Shown: in pieces, positions 47,892-59,921 of the stretch
Layout: every line of letters starts with the position of its first letter
Numbering within the stretch: the first letter of the stretch is position 1
Origin: Neophaeotheca triangularis
Lineage: Eukaryota
Reading direction: 5' to 3'
Assembly (NCBI GenBank): GCA_054600435.1
Contig: BAAIJX010000003.1
Location: 744,001 to 808,000, forward strand
Length of the DNA: 64,000 bases
Notes under the pieces: generated by a model
What the model was told of the DNA's origin: nothing
Seen by the model: the letters and a program-made list of their open reading frames with translations, nothing else
Database searches by the model: none
Translations under genes and position numbers: made by a program

Positions 47892-48518
47892 GTGTACGGC
47901 CTTGCCTACCTTGATATCACCGTATTTGCTGGTTGTCCGCTCTTTGCGGCACCTGTAGTATGCCGTGTACGATGTTGGTGTGCATGCGAAGTAGGCCGGA
48001 CTATGGCTTTTGCGGGCTTTGAGACGTTAAGAAAGGTCTTGATCGTTTCTGGGGCCGGTGGGGTCGAAGCTTTCTATCGACATCGACACACTGACACCTA
48101 CATACATACTGAGATACTACATAGCACTGAGTAACGTTCAATGAAAAGTCCCCATGGAACTCACAGGTCAATTGTCAACAGTAAAGTGCGCCAACGTTTG
48201 AAGATGCTCGACCAATCTGTTCAGATGGAGATGGTTGGTCTCACAGTCCGACGGTACTACTTCTGAGCCTTGCTCAAGTCAACCCCCGAATTTACCAGTA
48301 GTAGCTGGCGTAATTATATCCGTGCGAACCAGCTATCACAGTGCACTGCAAGGATGACCTGATACGTGACTACTACCAGTGCCAAGTTCGAGCAACCATC
48401 CGATTGTATGCAGGTAGCCGCCTTTCTGAAACAAAAGAAAGCAGGGCATCTACCTTCTAATGGAGTCACATCGCTTTCCCAGCAAACGCACCAGCCCCCG
48501 CTCACAAACGAGCAGTAC

Positions 48519-51479
48519 TCACGACCCCTGCACGCCTTGACCTTGAACCTCCCTCAAACGAGCAATGACAGGCTTCAGTTTAATGCAAGCTCCCTTGGAG
48601 ATACGAGCCGTCTCAGCTTTAGACCCGACATCCACACCGCCAGTAGACTCGCCTCCTTCCCTCTCGCTCATTTCCACCAGAGCATCCGCGCCTTCGACGA
48701 CCTTGTCTAGGAGTTTTGAGCCATTTTCCGCAACGTACAAATGTTCGACCACATCCTCGACACCCTCAAAACCGCCCCAATCCCCGGTGTCCGCGGAACG
48801 GCGTTCCATAGTCGCAAGCAGCAAGCCACACGACCTAATCAGCGCTTGCTCGCTGTAGAAAGCGCTGGCGCGGCCGTAGTTGGGAGAGCCCAGAAACTGC
48901 TCATGGCCCGCTTCGTTGAAGTAGGGCTCGCGCACCAAAACCAAACCGAGAAGGCTGACGAGCACTTGCAGTATCGTGCTTTTAGCCGGGTTCCACATTT
49001 GGTCTTTGTCACCGTCCCAGGTGCCTAAGAGGGAGAGGCAGATTTTACCGTCTTCGTAGAGGTTGGGGTTGATGCGGTAGTTGCCGCCAAGGGCGCGGCT
49101 GGCGACTAGCGAGTGGAAGAAGCATTGCGGTGGGTCTGTGGGGAATTGCGGGGGGAGGTAGATGTCGATGAGGAAGGGCGCGTTGGCGTAGGGGGTTTCC
49201 TCGGGACCTACAATCAGGACACGCAGGAGATCGAGTCGTGATTCCCAACTTCTGACAAATACGTTCGGTGGGAGGGAGCCAGGTTTGCCGAGGATGCGGT
49301 GTTCTTTGTTTGTTCGCTTGAGATGGACCGAATTGGCGGTTGTGGCTGGCTGATCGTGGTAGGCATGCGATGTAGGGACATCCGTGGAAAGGACTAGGTA
49401 GGGCTCCAAGTCGGCAGTCGGCATGGCCGCTGAAAGGCGTCCGTCGGTCACCGGTGGTGAAGGTGAGTCTGCAGGCGCGAGATTGCTCTTGTCATTGACC
49501 AGTGAAGGATCAGTCCTCTGATCGGCAGTCGACAGCGCTTCAGGGGCTTCAAAATCCTGGTCAGAGTTTCGCATCACAACATCGCCGTCGGCATTAAAGT
49601 CGTTGTCAGACTCCCAATCTTCGTCTTCGACTTCTTCCTCATCCAGTATCTGGCCATTTTCGTCTTGGTAGGTAATGGCCACTTCGTCGTCGTAGGATTC
49701 GGAAGCCATACTACCCGAATCGTACTCACTATCGTATCCCATTTCCTCATCCTCGCCGTCATCGAAATTGCCGCCATCATCGGACCTGATGATTATGCGA
49801 ACCTCATTGCGCCCGAAAACCTCGTCTCTCACTTCATCGGCATCACCCAGGCGAACGACAAGAGTACCGTCCAGTAGAGTGTCCACAATCTCGCCGATCC
49901 AATCTCTGTCCGCACTAGTCCTGCTGCCATTGCGCTGCGACGCCGGAACCCGCGAGGACACCAAGGCGATATCCCCTCGCCGTACGTTCAAATGCGCCGG
50001 TGCATCAAGGTCATACAAGCTCAGCTGTTCCGAATCTTCTTTGGCTCCACTGATGCTATTGACCAGTAACGTCCGAGCTCCCGTCTCATCCACCAGCCAC
50101 TCGACCTCGCCAATACACCATCGCACCGTTGCAAGACGATCTGCCGCATCAACGTTCTGCACAACGCCAACTCGGCTGGCACGTTGAACGGAAAGTCCCG
50201 CAGTGTGTGCCGATTGGCCTGGCACAGAAGCTTGGTCGCGGGTCTGTACCAATTCGCCAGGCCACACATCGTGCTCGTTTTCGAGGCCCCCGTCGTCGGG
50301 TACCACATCGATGCTAGACGATTTGGTGATTGAAAGATCCTGCCACTGTACCTCTACGTCTGTCGTGAAGCTTTCGATGGCATAGACGTTTAGGTCGTAG
50401 CCAAGATTTTCGTTCCTCTCCCGCTTCACGACGTTTCCATGGTGAGTGGATCCGTCGTACTTGGCGCACGCAGCTCCTAAATCTCGGAACCGTACTCTCA
50501 ACTCAAGCATTGCCTCTGTCGTCGCATTTGAGACGGTGCGGTTGGAAGATAAGTCTCCCGTCGGCTTGCGGGTCCGGTCGTAGATGCGACACTCGGAAGA
50601 GTTTAAATCGTCAGCTTCTAGCTGTTCCGGCGGCTCTGGACTCGGGGCACCATCTGGTACAGGGCGAGACTGCAGCCACTGTACGTTGACGGTTACGACA
50701 CGGGTATTGACGATGGTGCCTATCGGCTTGATGTCGGGGTTGTAGGCGCCGTAGACCCACTTCCCACGACGCAGATCGCCTTTCCGGGTCTTTACGATGT
50801 CGCCCACATCGAAGCCATTCTCGGTACCCCCTTCAACTTTTTCGATCGCGTCAAGCTCGAGCTCGACAACCGTGTTGTTGGTAAGCTTCAGTGTAAGAGC
50901 TTCTTCAACGTAATGCACGCGGCCAACCCAGTTTCGATACAGGATGATATCATTGGTTGCAGCGAATTCGTCTGCTTCGATAAGCTCAGCCATCGGGATA
51001 TCGTATAGCAACTTTGGAGAAGAATTTCCATCGACCTGCAGCTCTATCGGTTGGCTCGGAAAAAGGTTGCCTACTAGCTTGTCTCCGTTGTCGAATCTCA
51101 GATCCTGAGTAGGTCGCAGCGTACACGTTGTGGTTGTATTGAGGACTACGCCGCTCATGGCATCTGTTGCTTTGCGCTTGACAATATCCCCCACAATCAG
51201 CTCTCTGTCGATTAAGAGCAAGTCGTCGGTGATGCGTAGTTCGGGCGGTGAGAGATGCTTCCATTGGACGAGTACTGTCCCTTTGGGAGGTGCCCCGGAA
51301 GTCATGAATTTCTTAAAGTCAGATTGTGGGACAGCATAATGACGGTGGACCGTGCCGAGAGTCTGTGCAGGATATGGCGAATGGGTATCGATATCATCGT
51401 GAGTTCTGTCGATTACCGCAAGACGGTTGTCCAGTTTCACGAGGTCTTCTACGTGTAAGGGGCGGCCGGTGCGGTCCAT
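48519..51479 (-). CDS. Large ubiquitin-conjugating enzyme, UBE2O (E2-230K)-like
   Basis: C-terminal UBC domain ESRLDLLRVLIVGPEETPY...RINPNLYEDGKICLSLLGTW...LQVLVSL; N-terminal LIDRELIVGDIVK and VQWQD motifs; acidic linker. Confidence 0.9.
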   Translation of the reverse strand: MDRTGRPLHVEDLVKLDNRLAVIDRTHDDIDTHSPYPAQTLGTVHRHYAVPQSDFKKFMTSGAPPKGTVLVQWKHLSPPELRITDDLLLIDRELIVGDIVKRKATDAMSGVVLNTTTTCTLRPTQDLRFDNGDKLVGNLFPSQPIELQVDGNSSPKLLYDIPMAELIEADEFAATNDIILYRNWVGRVHYVEEALTLKLTNNTVVELELDAIEKVEGGTENGFDVGDIVKTRKGDLRRGKWVYGAYNPDIKPIGTIVNTRVVTVNVQWLQSRPVPDGAPSPEPPEQLEADDLNSSECRIYDRTRKPTGDLSSNRTVSNATTEAMLELRVRFRDLGAACAKYDGSTHHGNVVKRERNENLGYDLNVYAIESFTTDVEVQWQDLSITKSSSIDVVPDDGGLENEHDVWPGELVQTRDQASVPGQSAHTAGLSVQRASRVGVVQNVDAADRLATVRWCIGEVEWLVDETGARTLLVNSISGAKEDSEQLSLYDLDAPAHLNVRRGDIALVSSRVPASQRNGSRTSADRDWIGEIVDTLLDGTLVVRLGDADEVRDEVFGRNEVRIIIRSDDGGNFDDGEDEEMGYDSEYDSGSMASESYDDEVAITYQDENGQILDEEEVEDEDWESDNDFNADGDVVMRNSDQDFEAPEALSTADQRTDPSLVNDKSNLAPADSPSPPVTDGRLSAAMPTADLEPYLVLSTDVPTSHAYHDQPATTANSVHLKRTNKEHRILGKPGSLPPNVFVRSWESRLDLLRVLIVGPEETPYANAPFLIDIYLPPQFPTDPPQCFFHSLVASRALGGNYRINPNLYEDGKICLSLLGTWDGDKDQMWNPAKSTILQVLVSLLGLVLVREPYFNEAGHEQFLGSPNYGRASAFYSEQALIRSCGLLLATMERRSADTGDWGGFEGVEDVVEHLYVAENGSKLLDKVVEGADALVEMSEREGGESTGGVDVGSKAETARISKGACIKLKPVIARLREVQGQGVQGS

Positions 51480-52105
51480 GATTGTCTTATGAATGTACGT
51501 GTCTGACTGTAGGTTGAAAGAGAAATCCGGCGTCAGACAAGGAAAGCGTGGGGAAAGAAGAAAGCAAGCCTGAGGTTTTCTTTAACATGTCTTGCCACTT
51601 ACTTACCTACGGTACCTGTGGAAGGAAGCAGGGGCGTGTAATGACCACGACCCGTACGATGACAGTGGAGGGAGAAGGTGTTGCAACACCAGCAGCGACT
51701 CATTCACGGCAAAGTAGGAGGTAAGGAAGGATATGCAAGCAGTCGCGCACGTGCAGCCCAGGTGGAAGAAGGCGAAGTGAAGTTGATCCAACGCCCTAGA
51801 AGAGGTAATCAGTAGTTAATAACCACTGTAAGTTACATAATCTTCTCCAAGGACGGACAGACTCGAGGCCTCCCGTCCGTGTATTATCCGTGCGTTAATG
51901 CAGCTGGCCGCGAGCGAGAGCGCGCCGCAGAGCCGCAACGACATGACAACACACACCTCCTCCGCCAAGTCTACCTAGGTACTGCTGTTTACCTTGGTAC
52001 CTACATACCTCTTAGTACATAGGTAGAGACACTTTACTGTACTGAATGACGGCCAGTCCAGGACCTCACTAAAAGCAGATTGGAAGACTCCGGTCTTCCG
52101 TCGCC

Positions 52106-53656
52106 ATGGCCGACCCTCTCTATGAGCTGCTTACTCCTTACTTCGACCAGCCAGCGCCCTCCCCGACCAGTGACCTGACATCCAGCTACCTGGCCCGTCT
52201 GAGCACCCTCTCTCTCTCCGATGTCACCACCACCGAACGAGCATCCTTGCTGCAATCAGCTCAATCGCATCTCCGCAACCTACAAGCCCTCTCCAAACGC
52301 TCGCATAAAGCTGTCATAGCCTCCTCCACCAACCTTACGAGCCTATCCTCCCTCTTACCCAGTCTAGGCGAGCAAGCTACAGAACTGCACAATGTGGTTC
52401 CCAGTGCCGAAAATGCAGCCAACACGTTTGCAGAAAAGTACGACAGAAGTAGCGAGAACGCAGTGCTAGACAGGCGGAAGCGGGCTATGCTCTTATCTCG
52501 CAATGTAGACCGTGTATCCGACGTCCTCGACCTACCCACTCTCCTCTCATCCACCATCTCAGCCGCGCAATCCGCCTCGAATGCCTCCAGCGCCTCCAGC
52601 GCCGCCACATCGTACGCTTCGGCTTTGGATCTGCACGCCCATATCAGGCGACTGAGCACGCTATACCCGCAATCAGAGCTGATAGCCGGCATCTCAAAGC
52701 AAGCCGAGTCCGAAATACAAATTCTGACAACAATCCTCATCACCTCGCTTCAAAGCCCAAACCTGAAGCTCGCGAGCGCAATGCGTACCGTAGGCTGGAT
52801 GCGCAGAGTAGCCCCCGATCTCGCCGATCCCAGCCATCTAGCCAAGACCAGAAACCTCTCCACCAAATCCCTCAGCCTATCCAACAGCTCCACAGCAGCA
52901 GGTTCAGACGGCGCACTCGGTACTCTCTTCCTAATCTGCCGCCTCAACACCCTGAACGAGACCCTCGCCGCTCTCGAGCCCCTGCGCGATCTCGCGGAAC
53001 AAGAACGCCAGCAGAAACCCGCCCAAACTACCACAGGCGCTCAAACCGAACGCTATCTAAAACGCTACATCGAAATTTTCCGCGAGCAAAGCTTCAACAT
53101 TCTCAGCATGTACAAATCTATTTTCCCCAGCGGCCTGCCCGCCCCCGAGTCCACCAACCAGGACACAACAAACACAACAGATCCAACACCACAGACCGAT
53201 AGTTCGCAACCGCAAGACCCTCTACTCCCGCTTCCAGCACCCGTGGCGTCCTTCTCCCTCCACCTAGTACACCTCCTCACAATGACGCTGCGAACCCACC
53301 TCCCCACCATCCACTCGAGAAGCTCGCGAGAATCGCTACTGACTCAAGTCTTCTACTGCGCCAGCAGCCTAGGCCGATTAGGCGCAGATTTCGGAATGCT
53401 GACCTCCCTACTCTTCGACGACGACGATGAGGACGATGAGAGTGGCGACGACGACGACGACGGCGATGGCGAGGAGGAGGAGGAGGAACAACCAGAGTGG
53501 GCGCAGGTTCTGCTGAAACACCGCGTGCAGGCAAGTCGGCTGGAGGTGCTTGCCAGGGGTGTGGGGAGTGGAAGGAAGGGGGCTGCGATCGGGAGCCCTG
53601 GCGGCGGAGGTTTGGGGGATGGGTCTGCGGGTGCGAGAGGCGTCGAGGTCGGTTGA
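52106..53656 (+). CDS. COG8: Conserved oligomeric Golgi complex subunit 8 (Dor1-like)
   Basis: MADPLYELL...YLARL, VLDLPTLL, YASALDL, RYLKRYIEIFREQSF, ESLLTQVFYCASSLGRLGADF. Confidence 0.9.
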   Translation: MADPLYELLTPYFDQPAPSPTSDLTSSYLARLSTLSLSDVTTTERASLLQSAQSHLRNLQALSKRSHKAVIASSTNLTSLSSLLPSLGEQATELHNVVPSAENAANTFAEKYDRSSENAVLDRRKRAMLLSRNVDRVSDVLDLPTLLSSTISAAQSASNASSASSAATSYASALDLHAHIRRLSTLYPQSELIAGISKQAESEIQILTTILITSLQSPNLKLASAMRTVGWMRRVAPDLADPSHLAKTRNLSTKSLSLSNSSTAAGSDGALGTLFLICRLNTLNETLAALEPLRDLAEQERQQKPAQTTTGAQTERYLKRYIEIFREQSFNILSMYKSIFPSGLPAPESTNQDTTNTTDPTPQTDSSQPQDPLLPLPAPVASFSLHLVHLLTMTLRTHLPTIHSRSSRESLLTQVFYCASSLGRLGADFGMLTSLLFDDDDEDDESGDDDDDGDGEEEEEEQPEWAQVLLKHRVQASRLEVLARGVGSGRKGAAIGSPGGGGLGDGSAGARGVEVG

Positions 53657-54088
53657 AAGCCGTGGTTTTGAGACTGCATTGAGGACGGCGAGGCTCAGCG
53701 CGAAGGAACGGGCGGGCAACGCGGTCGACCATCACTGGCGCTGTTGCGGCTGGATGCTTGCGCGGCGTCCTCGCCGGTGTAGGCGTCGAGGTCAGAGCAC
53801 GTGCCGCGGTAGCGCTTTGCGGATTAACCTGTTCTTTTCGATTGTGGCGGACGCGCGACTCTCTTGGACTGCGCCATTCCCGCTCGTCCAGCACGCGTAC
53901 GTGGCCGACCGTCACAAGTGCGCGGGCAAAGGGTCGATTGAGGCACCCGCGAAGCCGCTGTCTGGAAGGAATCAGTGCCACTGAAAGCATGCCAATCAGA
54001 TGTGAAGGCCTACGACTCCTAGCGGAGTAGTCTGTAGTACTTGATGCGCCACAAACAGCGCTGGAGAGCAGAAACGCAAATCAAAGAA

Positions 54089-54118
54089 CACTGCAAACGA
54101 GTGCACTGCAAACGAGTG
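54089..54118. repeat. Perfect 15-nt tandem duplication (CACTGCAAACGAGTG)x2
   Basis: Read directly in the convergent COG8 / Rpn4-like intergenic region. Confidence 0.85.
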
Positions 54119-54778
54119 ATGAAGATAAAGATATATGTAAGACCAGATTTCAAGGGATTAGGATAGTCACTGCAACTCTACCGCTACATAGCTGTACACG
54201 CGCGCATCGCTTAGCGAGCTTTCAAAAACTGCCAGAAGCCCAAAAAAATTCCTTCCCCTCTAGGCACGCATCGGGCCCGCCGATGATGTTCTGTCGACCA
54301 TTGCAATGCTCCCCCTCACGCCGTGAAGACCATGCAAGTAGAGATTATACTGAAAAGACGCTGGTGCAATGCGATTGATGAAACAATAAAAGGTCTCGCA
54401 AGCGAATGCTCCGCCAAAAACATAGGACTCGCAATAATGGGATGAAATCATGTCGTGCTCCTGTCACTCGTTGTAATCGTTCCTTGGACATTCGTGGGTG
54501 GTGGTATATTACATGGATGGGGGTCCCAGCGTGGTCATTGGGGATAGAGGTATTGAGGTGCTGTCGAGCCAACTTGCGGTGCAAGACTGTAGCTGGCACA
54601 TGTGAGTGAGTGGTCTTCGCCGGGTTATCCAAGCTTTCGGTGGCCATTTCTGAGCGACGTCGCGTGAAAGCATCCTTCTGGGTATCGTGCGGGGCCCCGT
54701 AATACTGTGGCGCAGGCAAGGTGGCTATACGCTCACGTGTTTAGGTCGGATTTTTCGTCCCAGGCAACAGCATCAGAA

Positions 54779-57055
54779 TTATCTGCTAGAACGCTTGGCA
54801 AAAGCCTCGACTTCCGGGTGCACGACACGCATGTGCCTCGTAAGCGCATCGTTTCGCGAGAAAGTCTTTTCTTCCCTACACATGGGACACCTGACCTTTT
54901 GCTTGCGATTGTTGTGTATGGTGTCTTCGTGGCGAGTGAGGTCGTAGGGGCGCGAAAAGATGGTGTTGCAAGGTTTGTTGGTCGAAGGGTTGATGCGCGT
55001 GCACTTGTGGGGCCCGGCTTGGGAATTGCGCGCGAGCAGAGCTGCCGATGTCATGCCGTTGCCTGCTGGTCCTGGTGACTCTGTGCCCAATGAGGCAGGA
55101 GGCGAGCTCGAGGATGTCGCTGAAGCTGTGCCTTCGCGCTGGTGCTGTGTGCGATGGACTTCGCGCTTATGCCGTTGGAGATTGCCGGAAGAGTCGAAGC
55201 GTTGCGTGCAGCCGTGGTAGGTACAAGTATAGGTTCCTGTCGCGGCGCGCGTGTCGGAAGGCCGGCTAGGTGCGGATGTATTGAAGTTGTTCTCTTCTTG
55301 CGACGACGCCGTTGGGCCGCCATCGCTCATCGAAGACTCCATGGAGGTAAGGTGGGCGGGAAAGTCGGGCGCGGGCTCAGCCATCGGATTCGCAGAATAA
55401 GGATTGAGGGTCCCGTTGCTATTGTTGCCGTTGTTGCTGTTGCTAGCAGGACGATATGTATCTGCCTGGAACGGAGCGCTGGGCATTTGCTGGTTTTGTA
55501 AGCCGGGGGTGGCGAAGTTGAAGTTGGTTGGACCGGAGAGGCCGTCCGACGACGTGGCTCGGAAGTTCGCAATCTGCTGGGGGCTAAACGCTGGCATCCC
55601 GCTCGAACCCATAGTTGCATTGCTGGGCTGATTGATCAGTGTACTAGGGAACTTGTCCGTGCCACCAAAGTGTTGCTGATATCCCGACGGTATTGTATCC
55701 TGAAATAGCGGCGCTTGGTCGGACTCGTTGTAATCCAGTAGTGCATCCTTTGGGGAAATTGTCTTGGTCGGCTCTCGTCGAAGCGAAGGTTTATGTTGCG
55801 CGTATTCTGCCTGTTCCGTCTCTTCTTTTTGCTGCTGTCGCATGCCTGCCGCAGTACCCATGCCAGGTCTAGGCGAGTTCCAGCTGTCTGTAGCTTGCGC
55901 AAGATACGGGGAACCTTGCCTGAAGGGCGATCGTTCTCGAGAAACGGCTGATGATGGCGAGACCGATCTTGCTATGTTCGCGGTCTGCAATCGCTCATTC
56001 ACGAGGTTTCGATGAGGTGTAAGAAAGCTATTTGTGGGTACTGGAGGCTTGGTGCTGGCATTTGACGCAGATGTGAAGTTGGCTGGGTTGTAGAGCTCGT
56101 CCTGGAAAGCTGCACTCTCTGTGCGGAAGAGCGAGGGGTTGTTGTTCTGACTCGATTGTTGCTGATTCGAGTCATTGTTGGATTGCGATCGTCTAAGGCG
56201 CTCCCATGAGTCTGACGTTTTGCCCTCTGAGCTATGCTGCATTCTGAGCATCTTGTTGCTTTCGACCTCTTCTCCAGCGCCCGAGCGAGGCGTCGAGGGC
56301 GAACTCTGCCCGTGGCTAGACATACTTTGCCGACCCGAATGTGTAAATCCTGGTGCGTCCTCCACAGTGTGATGGTCGATGGCAAAATCTTTCATAGCAA
56401 GGTGCGCGCTAGGTGTATGTGCAACAGCCGAGGGCACGTAGCCGGACCCTGGGTTCGAGAAGATGCTATCGGCTGTGTTCCACGCGTTCGAAGACTGGTA
56501 GTTCTTGGCGAAATCGTTGTGAAGAGACGACGGCTGTGGCGATGCGTTGACACTGGCAACGTAGGGATGCGAAGTGGTGTGATCGAAGGGCGACTGCGGA
56601 CCGTTGGAGTTGATGGTCGAAGCCGACGGAGTGCGCTGGTGAGTGCGTTGTCTCTTCAGACTCGGTTGCTGTGGTGTGATCCCTCCTCCAAAGTTGTTAC
56701 TGTCGTAACCCCCGTACATCTGCCAGTCGGAGGTGTGGGATGTCCCAGCCGTCAAGGCCGAGTAGTCGTAGGCAGGATCAAAGTCGAGGGGAGGTGTCGG
56801 GTTCGCGACGCGGATGTCCGGGTTTTGCAGGAATTGGCTCATCCACGGGATCGTCGGCGGAGGTTGTGATTGAGAAGGAGTTGGGGTGGTGTCGTCTGGA
56901 ATTGTTCGTTTGTAGTCGAGCGGTATTCGGTCGAGGGTGTAGAAGAGTTGGGGTTGGGGTTGAGGTCGTTGGTGTTGTGGTAGAGAGAATCGGGAACAGA
57001 GAATGTTGGGCGAGGGATTATTCTCGACGTCTTCAACTTGATTCGATGTCATCAT
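54779..57055 (-). CDS. RPN4: C2H2 zinc-finger transcription factor, Rpn4-like (proteasome/stress regulator)
   Basis: CTYHGC...HKREVH, then atypical finger CTRINPSTNKPCNTIFSRPYDLTRHEDTIH and CPMC...KTFSRNDALTRHMRVVH, resembling yeast Rpn4 fingers. Start uncertain (ATG 57055 or 56842). Confidence 0.75.
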   Translation of the reverse strand: MMTSNQVEDVENNPSPNILCSRFSLPQHQRPQPQPQLFYTLDRIPLDYKRTIPDDTTPTPSQSQPPPTIPWMSQFLQNPDIRVANPTPPLDFDPAYDYSALTAGTSHTSDWQMYGGYDSNNFGGGITPQQPSLKRQRTHQRTPSASTINSNGPQSPFDHTTSHPYVASVNASPQPSSLHNDFAKNYQSSNAWNTADSIFSNPGSGYVPSAVAHTPSAHLAMKDFAIDHHTVEDAPGFTHSGRQSMSSHGQSSPSTPRSGAGEEVESNKMLRMQHSSEGKTSDSWERLRRSQSNNDSNQQQSSQNNNPSLFRTESAAFQDELYNPANFTSASNASTKPPVPTNSFLTPHRNLVNERLQTANIARSVSPSSAVSRERSPFRQGSPYLAQATDSWNSPRPGMGTAAGMRQQQKEETEQAEYAQHKPSLRREPTKTISPKDALLDYNESDQAPLFQDTIPSGYQQHFGGTDKFPSTLINQPSNATMGSSGMPAFSPQQIANFRATSSDGLSGPTNFNFATPGLQNQQMPSAPFQADTYRPASNSNNGNNSNGTLNPYSANPMAEPAPDFPAHLTSMESSMSDGGPTASSQEENNFNTSAPSRPSDTRAATGTYTCTYHGCTQRFDSSGNLQRHKREVHRTQHQREGTASATSSSSPPASLGTESPGPAGNGMTSAALLARNSQAGPHKCTRINPSTNKPCNTIFSRPYDLTRHEDTIHNNRKQKVRCPMCREEKTFSRNDALTRHMRVVHPEVEAFAKRSSR

Positions 57056-59921
57056 GCGCTTCTTGCTTCGGCTAGTGTGACCGAGGGCCAGCCAAGCCAA
57101 GCCAGCCAGCGATCTGGATTATTCACTTATCCTCCTTGTTCCGAGCAAAAGCCGTCAATGGTGACGCTTTGCCGATGGACCGGGATGCTCGAATCTTCCA
57201 AACTTCCACCAAATGGTATGTAAGGTCAGGTGAACGACGAGAACAATGAAAACAATGAATAGTGCTGTGCTATGCTAATTTATGCTATACGAATGCGAGT
57301 CAACAATAAGGTACCTAAGGTAGGTAGTGAGTGTCTATGGTGAAGTAGCGAGGCAGGATCGTTAACAATTTGATCGACCTCGTTGTTGCCTTTAAACTCT
57401 CGGACTTCTTCGTCTTGTTGGTCGTCTACAAACATTCATACGTAGACTGACACTCGAGGCTGTGCACTTCCACGCGCTTCTTCTGCAGCTTGCCTTTCCT
57501 TCTAGCTTCCCTGCATCTCTTCTTTTGCACCACTCCATGCGAGCCAAGACAGGACGAGATCGACGAGTCGGCTAACAAGGCACTTGACTCGGAACTTCTA
57601 TATCCGTCCATCGTAACATTATTACAGAACTCGCCAGAAGGCCCTACAATCGACGCATCCCGAAATGCCGAGCAATAGTCACGGCGGCCGCGATGACTGA
57701 GCCAGGGCATTCCAAGGTTGCCATTGACAGCGTATAGTCATGGCTCATGGTATGACATTGGGCTGTTGTGAACTACGCCGTACCTAGGCGTTAGATACCC
57801 GGCATCTCGACATAGGTGCCCTACGGGGCTGAACCGCCTAATGTACCTCATTACCTAGGTAGCTATACAAACACTGGCAGAAGGCAAAGACTCGTTCCTA
57901 GGGATACCTTCCTCAAACAAAGCCGATCCCTCCTAATATTCACTACACTCATTCACTGTTCGAACGCACAATAGCTGGCTCTCCTTAATAATGTAGCAGC
58001 GCCTATGTCTACAAGACTCACCATCCTCGGTAACAGCGAAACCATCACCAAAGCTAGACGCTACAAGCAAAAACGCCAACATGCACGCAGAACAATATAT
58101 CCAGCCAATCGCCATGCATCTGATTATCCGGCGCACATGGAAGAATCTTAGAACAGGCTCATGCACAATAGTAATACCTGCCTGGATCATGTTGCGGCAT
58201 AATCCAAGTAGCCACACCAAGCACCTGAGCATGTGGCGGTGCACCTTCTCCCGGGCTTCGCTGCAGTTCTAGACCGATCGAGGCGTCTGTGGCTGGTGCA
58301 GTGCACGTCCCCGGATGGATGTTGAAACTCGGTCAAGGCCGAAGACTCGATATGATTCTGCAAACAACACATTGATATTGTCGACCGGGCCGAGTTGTGC
58401 ATGGGGAGACGAGCTGATGGTATGGGAGTCATTCCCAGCTCAAGCATTTTACGCGTCACAGTCGCTAGGTATCTAGCTGGGGCCTTTTAGGTACGGATAC
58501 TACCTGATGCGATCGAACTTGCCGTCACAGCCAGCTCGGAGCGGATCACGAAATCGGTTTACCGCCGCTAGTATCGTTCGCTCGTACCTAGTTGCTCAGA
58601 TCGTATGAGTATGACACTTGCGATGTGGAACCATATCTTACCTAGTACCTGGTACTTTCGCACCTAGACACATGACCATCATTACATCAAGAACATCGTA
58701 AACATCAGAGACTATTACTACCAAGTCGGCCATAGCAGTAGAATATCCACATCCAGCATCCGCCGAAGCGCATGAAGTCCCTCGAAGAAACCCCCCGGCC
58801 GTTAGGTTAAGGTTGTGGTAAAAGCTCCCACGGTTACGTCAGCTCGGTCCCCAAGGCCCAAAAATAGGAGTCTCCCCCGCTGCGAACGAGCCTCAGGGTC
58901 CAAGGTACGGAGCCGTGATCCGAGTTGCTGCAGATCTGGCTCGGCTGCCAAGACATATCTGAGACACAACACCTCGTGACAACCTTAGGCATCTCGTGAC
59001 CTTGAAAACCTTGCCAGAACTACCTGGGCACCTGTTTTTGTACGGTAGGGTTACATATCTAGCTTGCCGGGGCGAGGTAGGTAGGGTCACAACGGTCGAA
59101 AACATGGGCGGGCCCCGCTTGGAGGACTGCGCGGCGTTGAGTTTTCTGGGCTAGGGCCACGACTCCGAGCGGGCTTTTGGTGTGTGGAAGGGGGCAACGA
59201 TGGCACCTCCTGGTGAACCCATGTCGAACTTCGCCGGAACGGATCCGCGTTCAAATGCCGCCGAGGATGCGTCTTCAGTTGCGTGCGCTATGTCACGAGA
59301 CCGGATGTCGTATAGCAGCGACAGACACCGGGCAAAGCTACTCAGTTGCGCTGGCAGGCTTCACGACTGTGGAGAGGAGGCGGAAACGTCCTTGGATTGT
59401 GCGCGGACGAAGATGCCCGACTTTCGCAGTCGAAGGTCGGTCGCCCGCCGGGGACAGACTCGAACCGCCTTCACTAGCGGTGCCAGGGCTCTTGTCTCAA
59501 GAAGCTCGAGTGTCACGCGGCATGATTGCATCGTCTCCGGCGAATTTTGACTGCTGGAGTATCCCGGCGAGTTGGCGCGGGGAGAGTGTCTCTGGCGGTG
59601 CTCGAAATGCCAAGAATGGACATCCGCTAGCGCGGTCTACAAGCGTCCAATGAGGGTGAATAGTCGCTTTGGGTTCTTTTTCGAGCTGGCAGACTGTAGG
59701 TACCAGTACGTGGAGTGCCCTTCACTCGAAACCTGGATCAGCGTAACGGTGAAAGCCTTCGCTGATCTTTTGCCAACGCAATGGGTAGTCGTTGGAATAT
59801 GTATGAGACGACGCGGCTCGTGGTTTGACTCGTGTCCGCGGTCGATTTTCTACAGTATTCTTTATCTATCGTATATGTTGTATCTTACAAACTTTTGTGG
59901 AATGCTCCTCTTACCAACCCT

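Noticed and set aside
51597..51700. Second ACTTACCT resembling a U1 5' end
   Set aside because: No ATTGCAC loop, cloverleaf stems or Sm site follow; it may simply be a minus-strand splice donor in the UBE2O-like 5' UTR.
53277..54030. ORFs overlapping or following the COG8 3' end (237 aa minus; 144 and 90 aa plus)
   Set aside because: Arg/Pro-rich shadow-frame composition in GC-rich DNA, with no recognisable motif.
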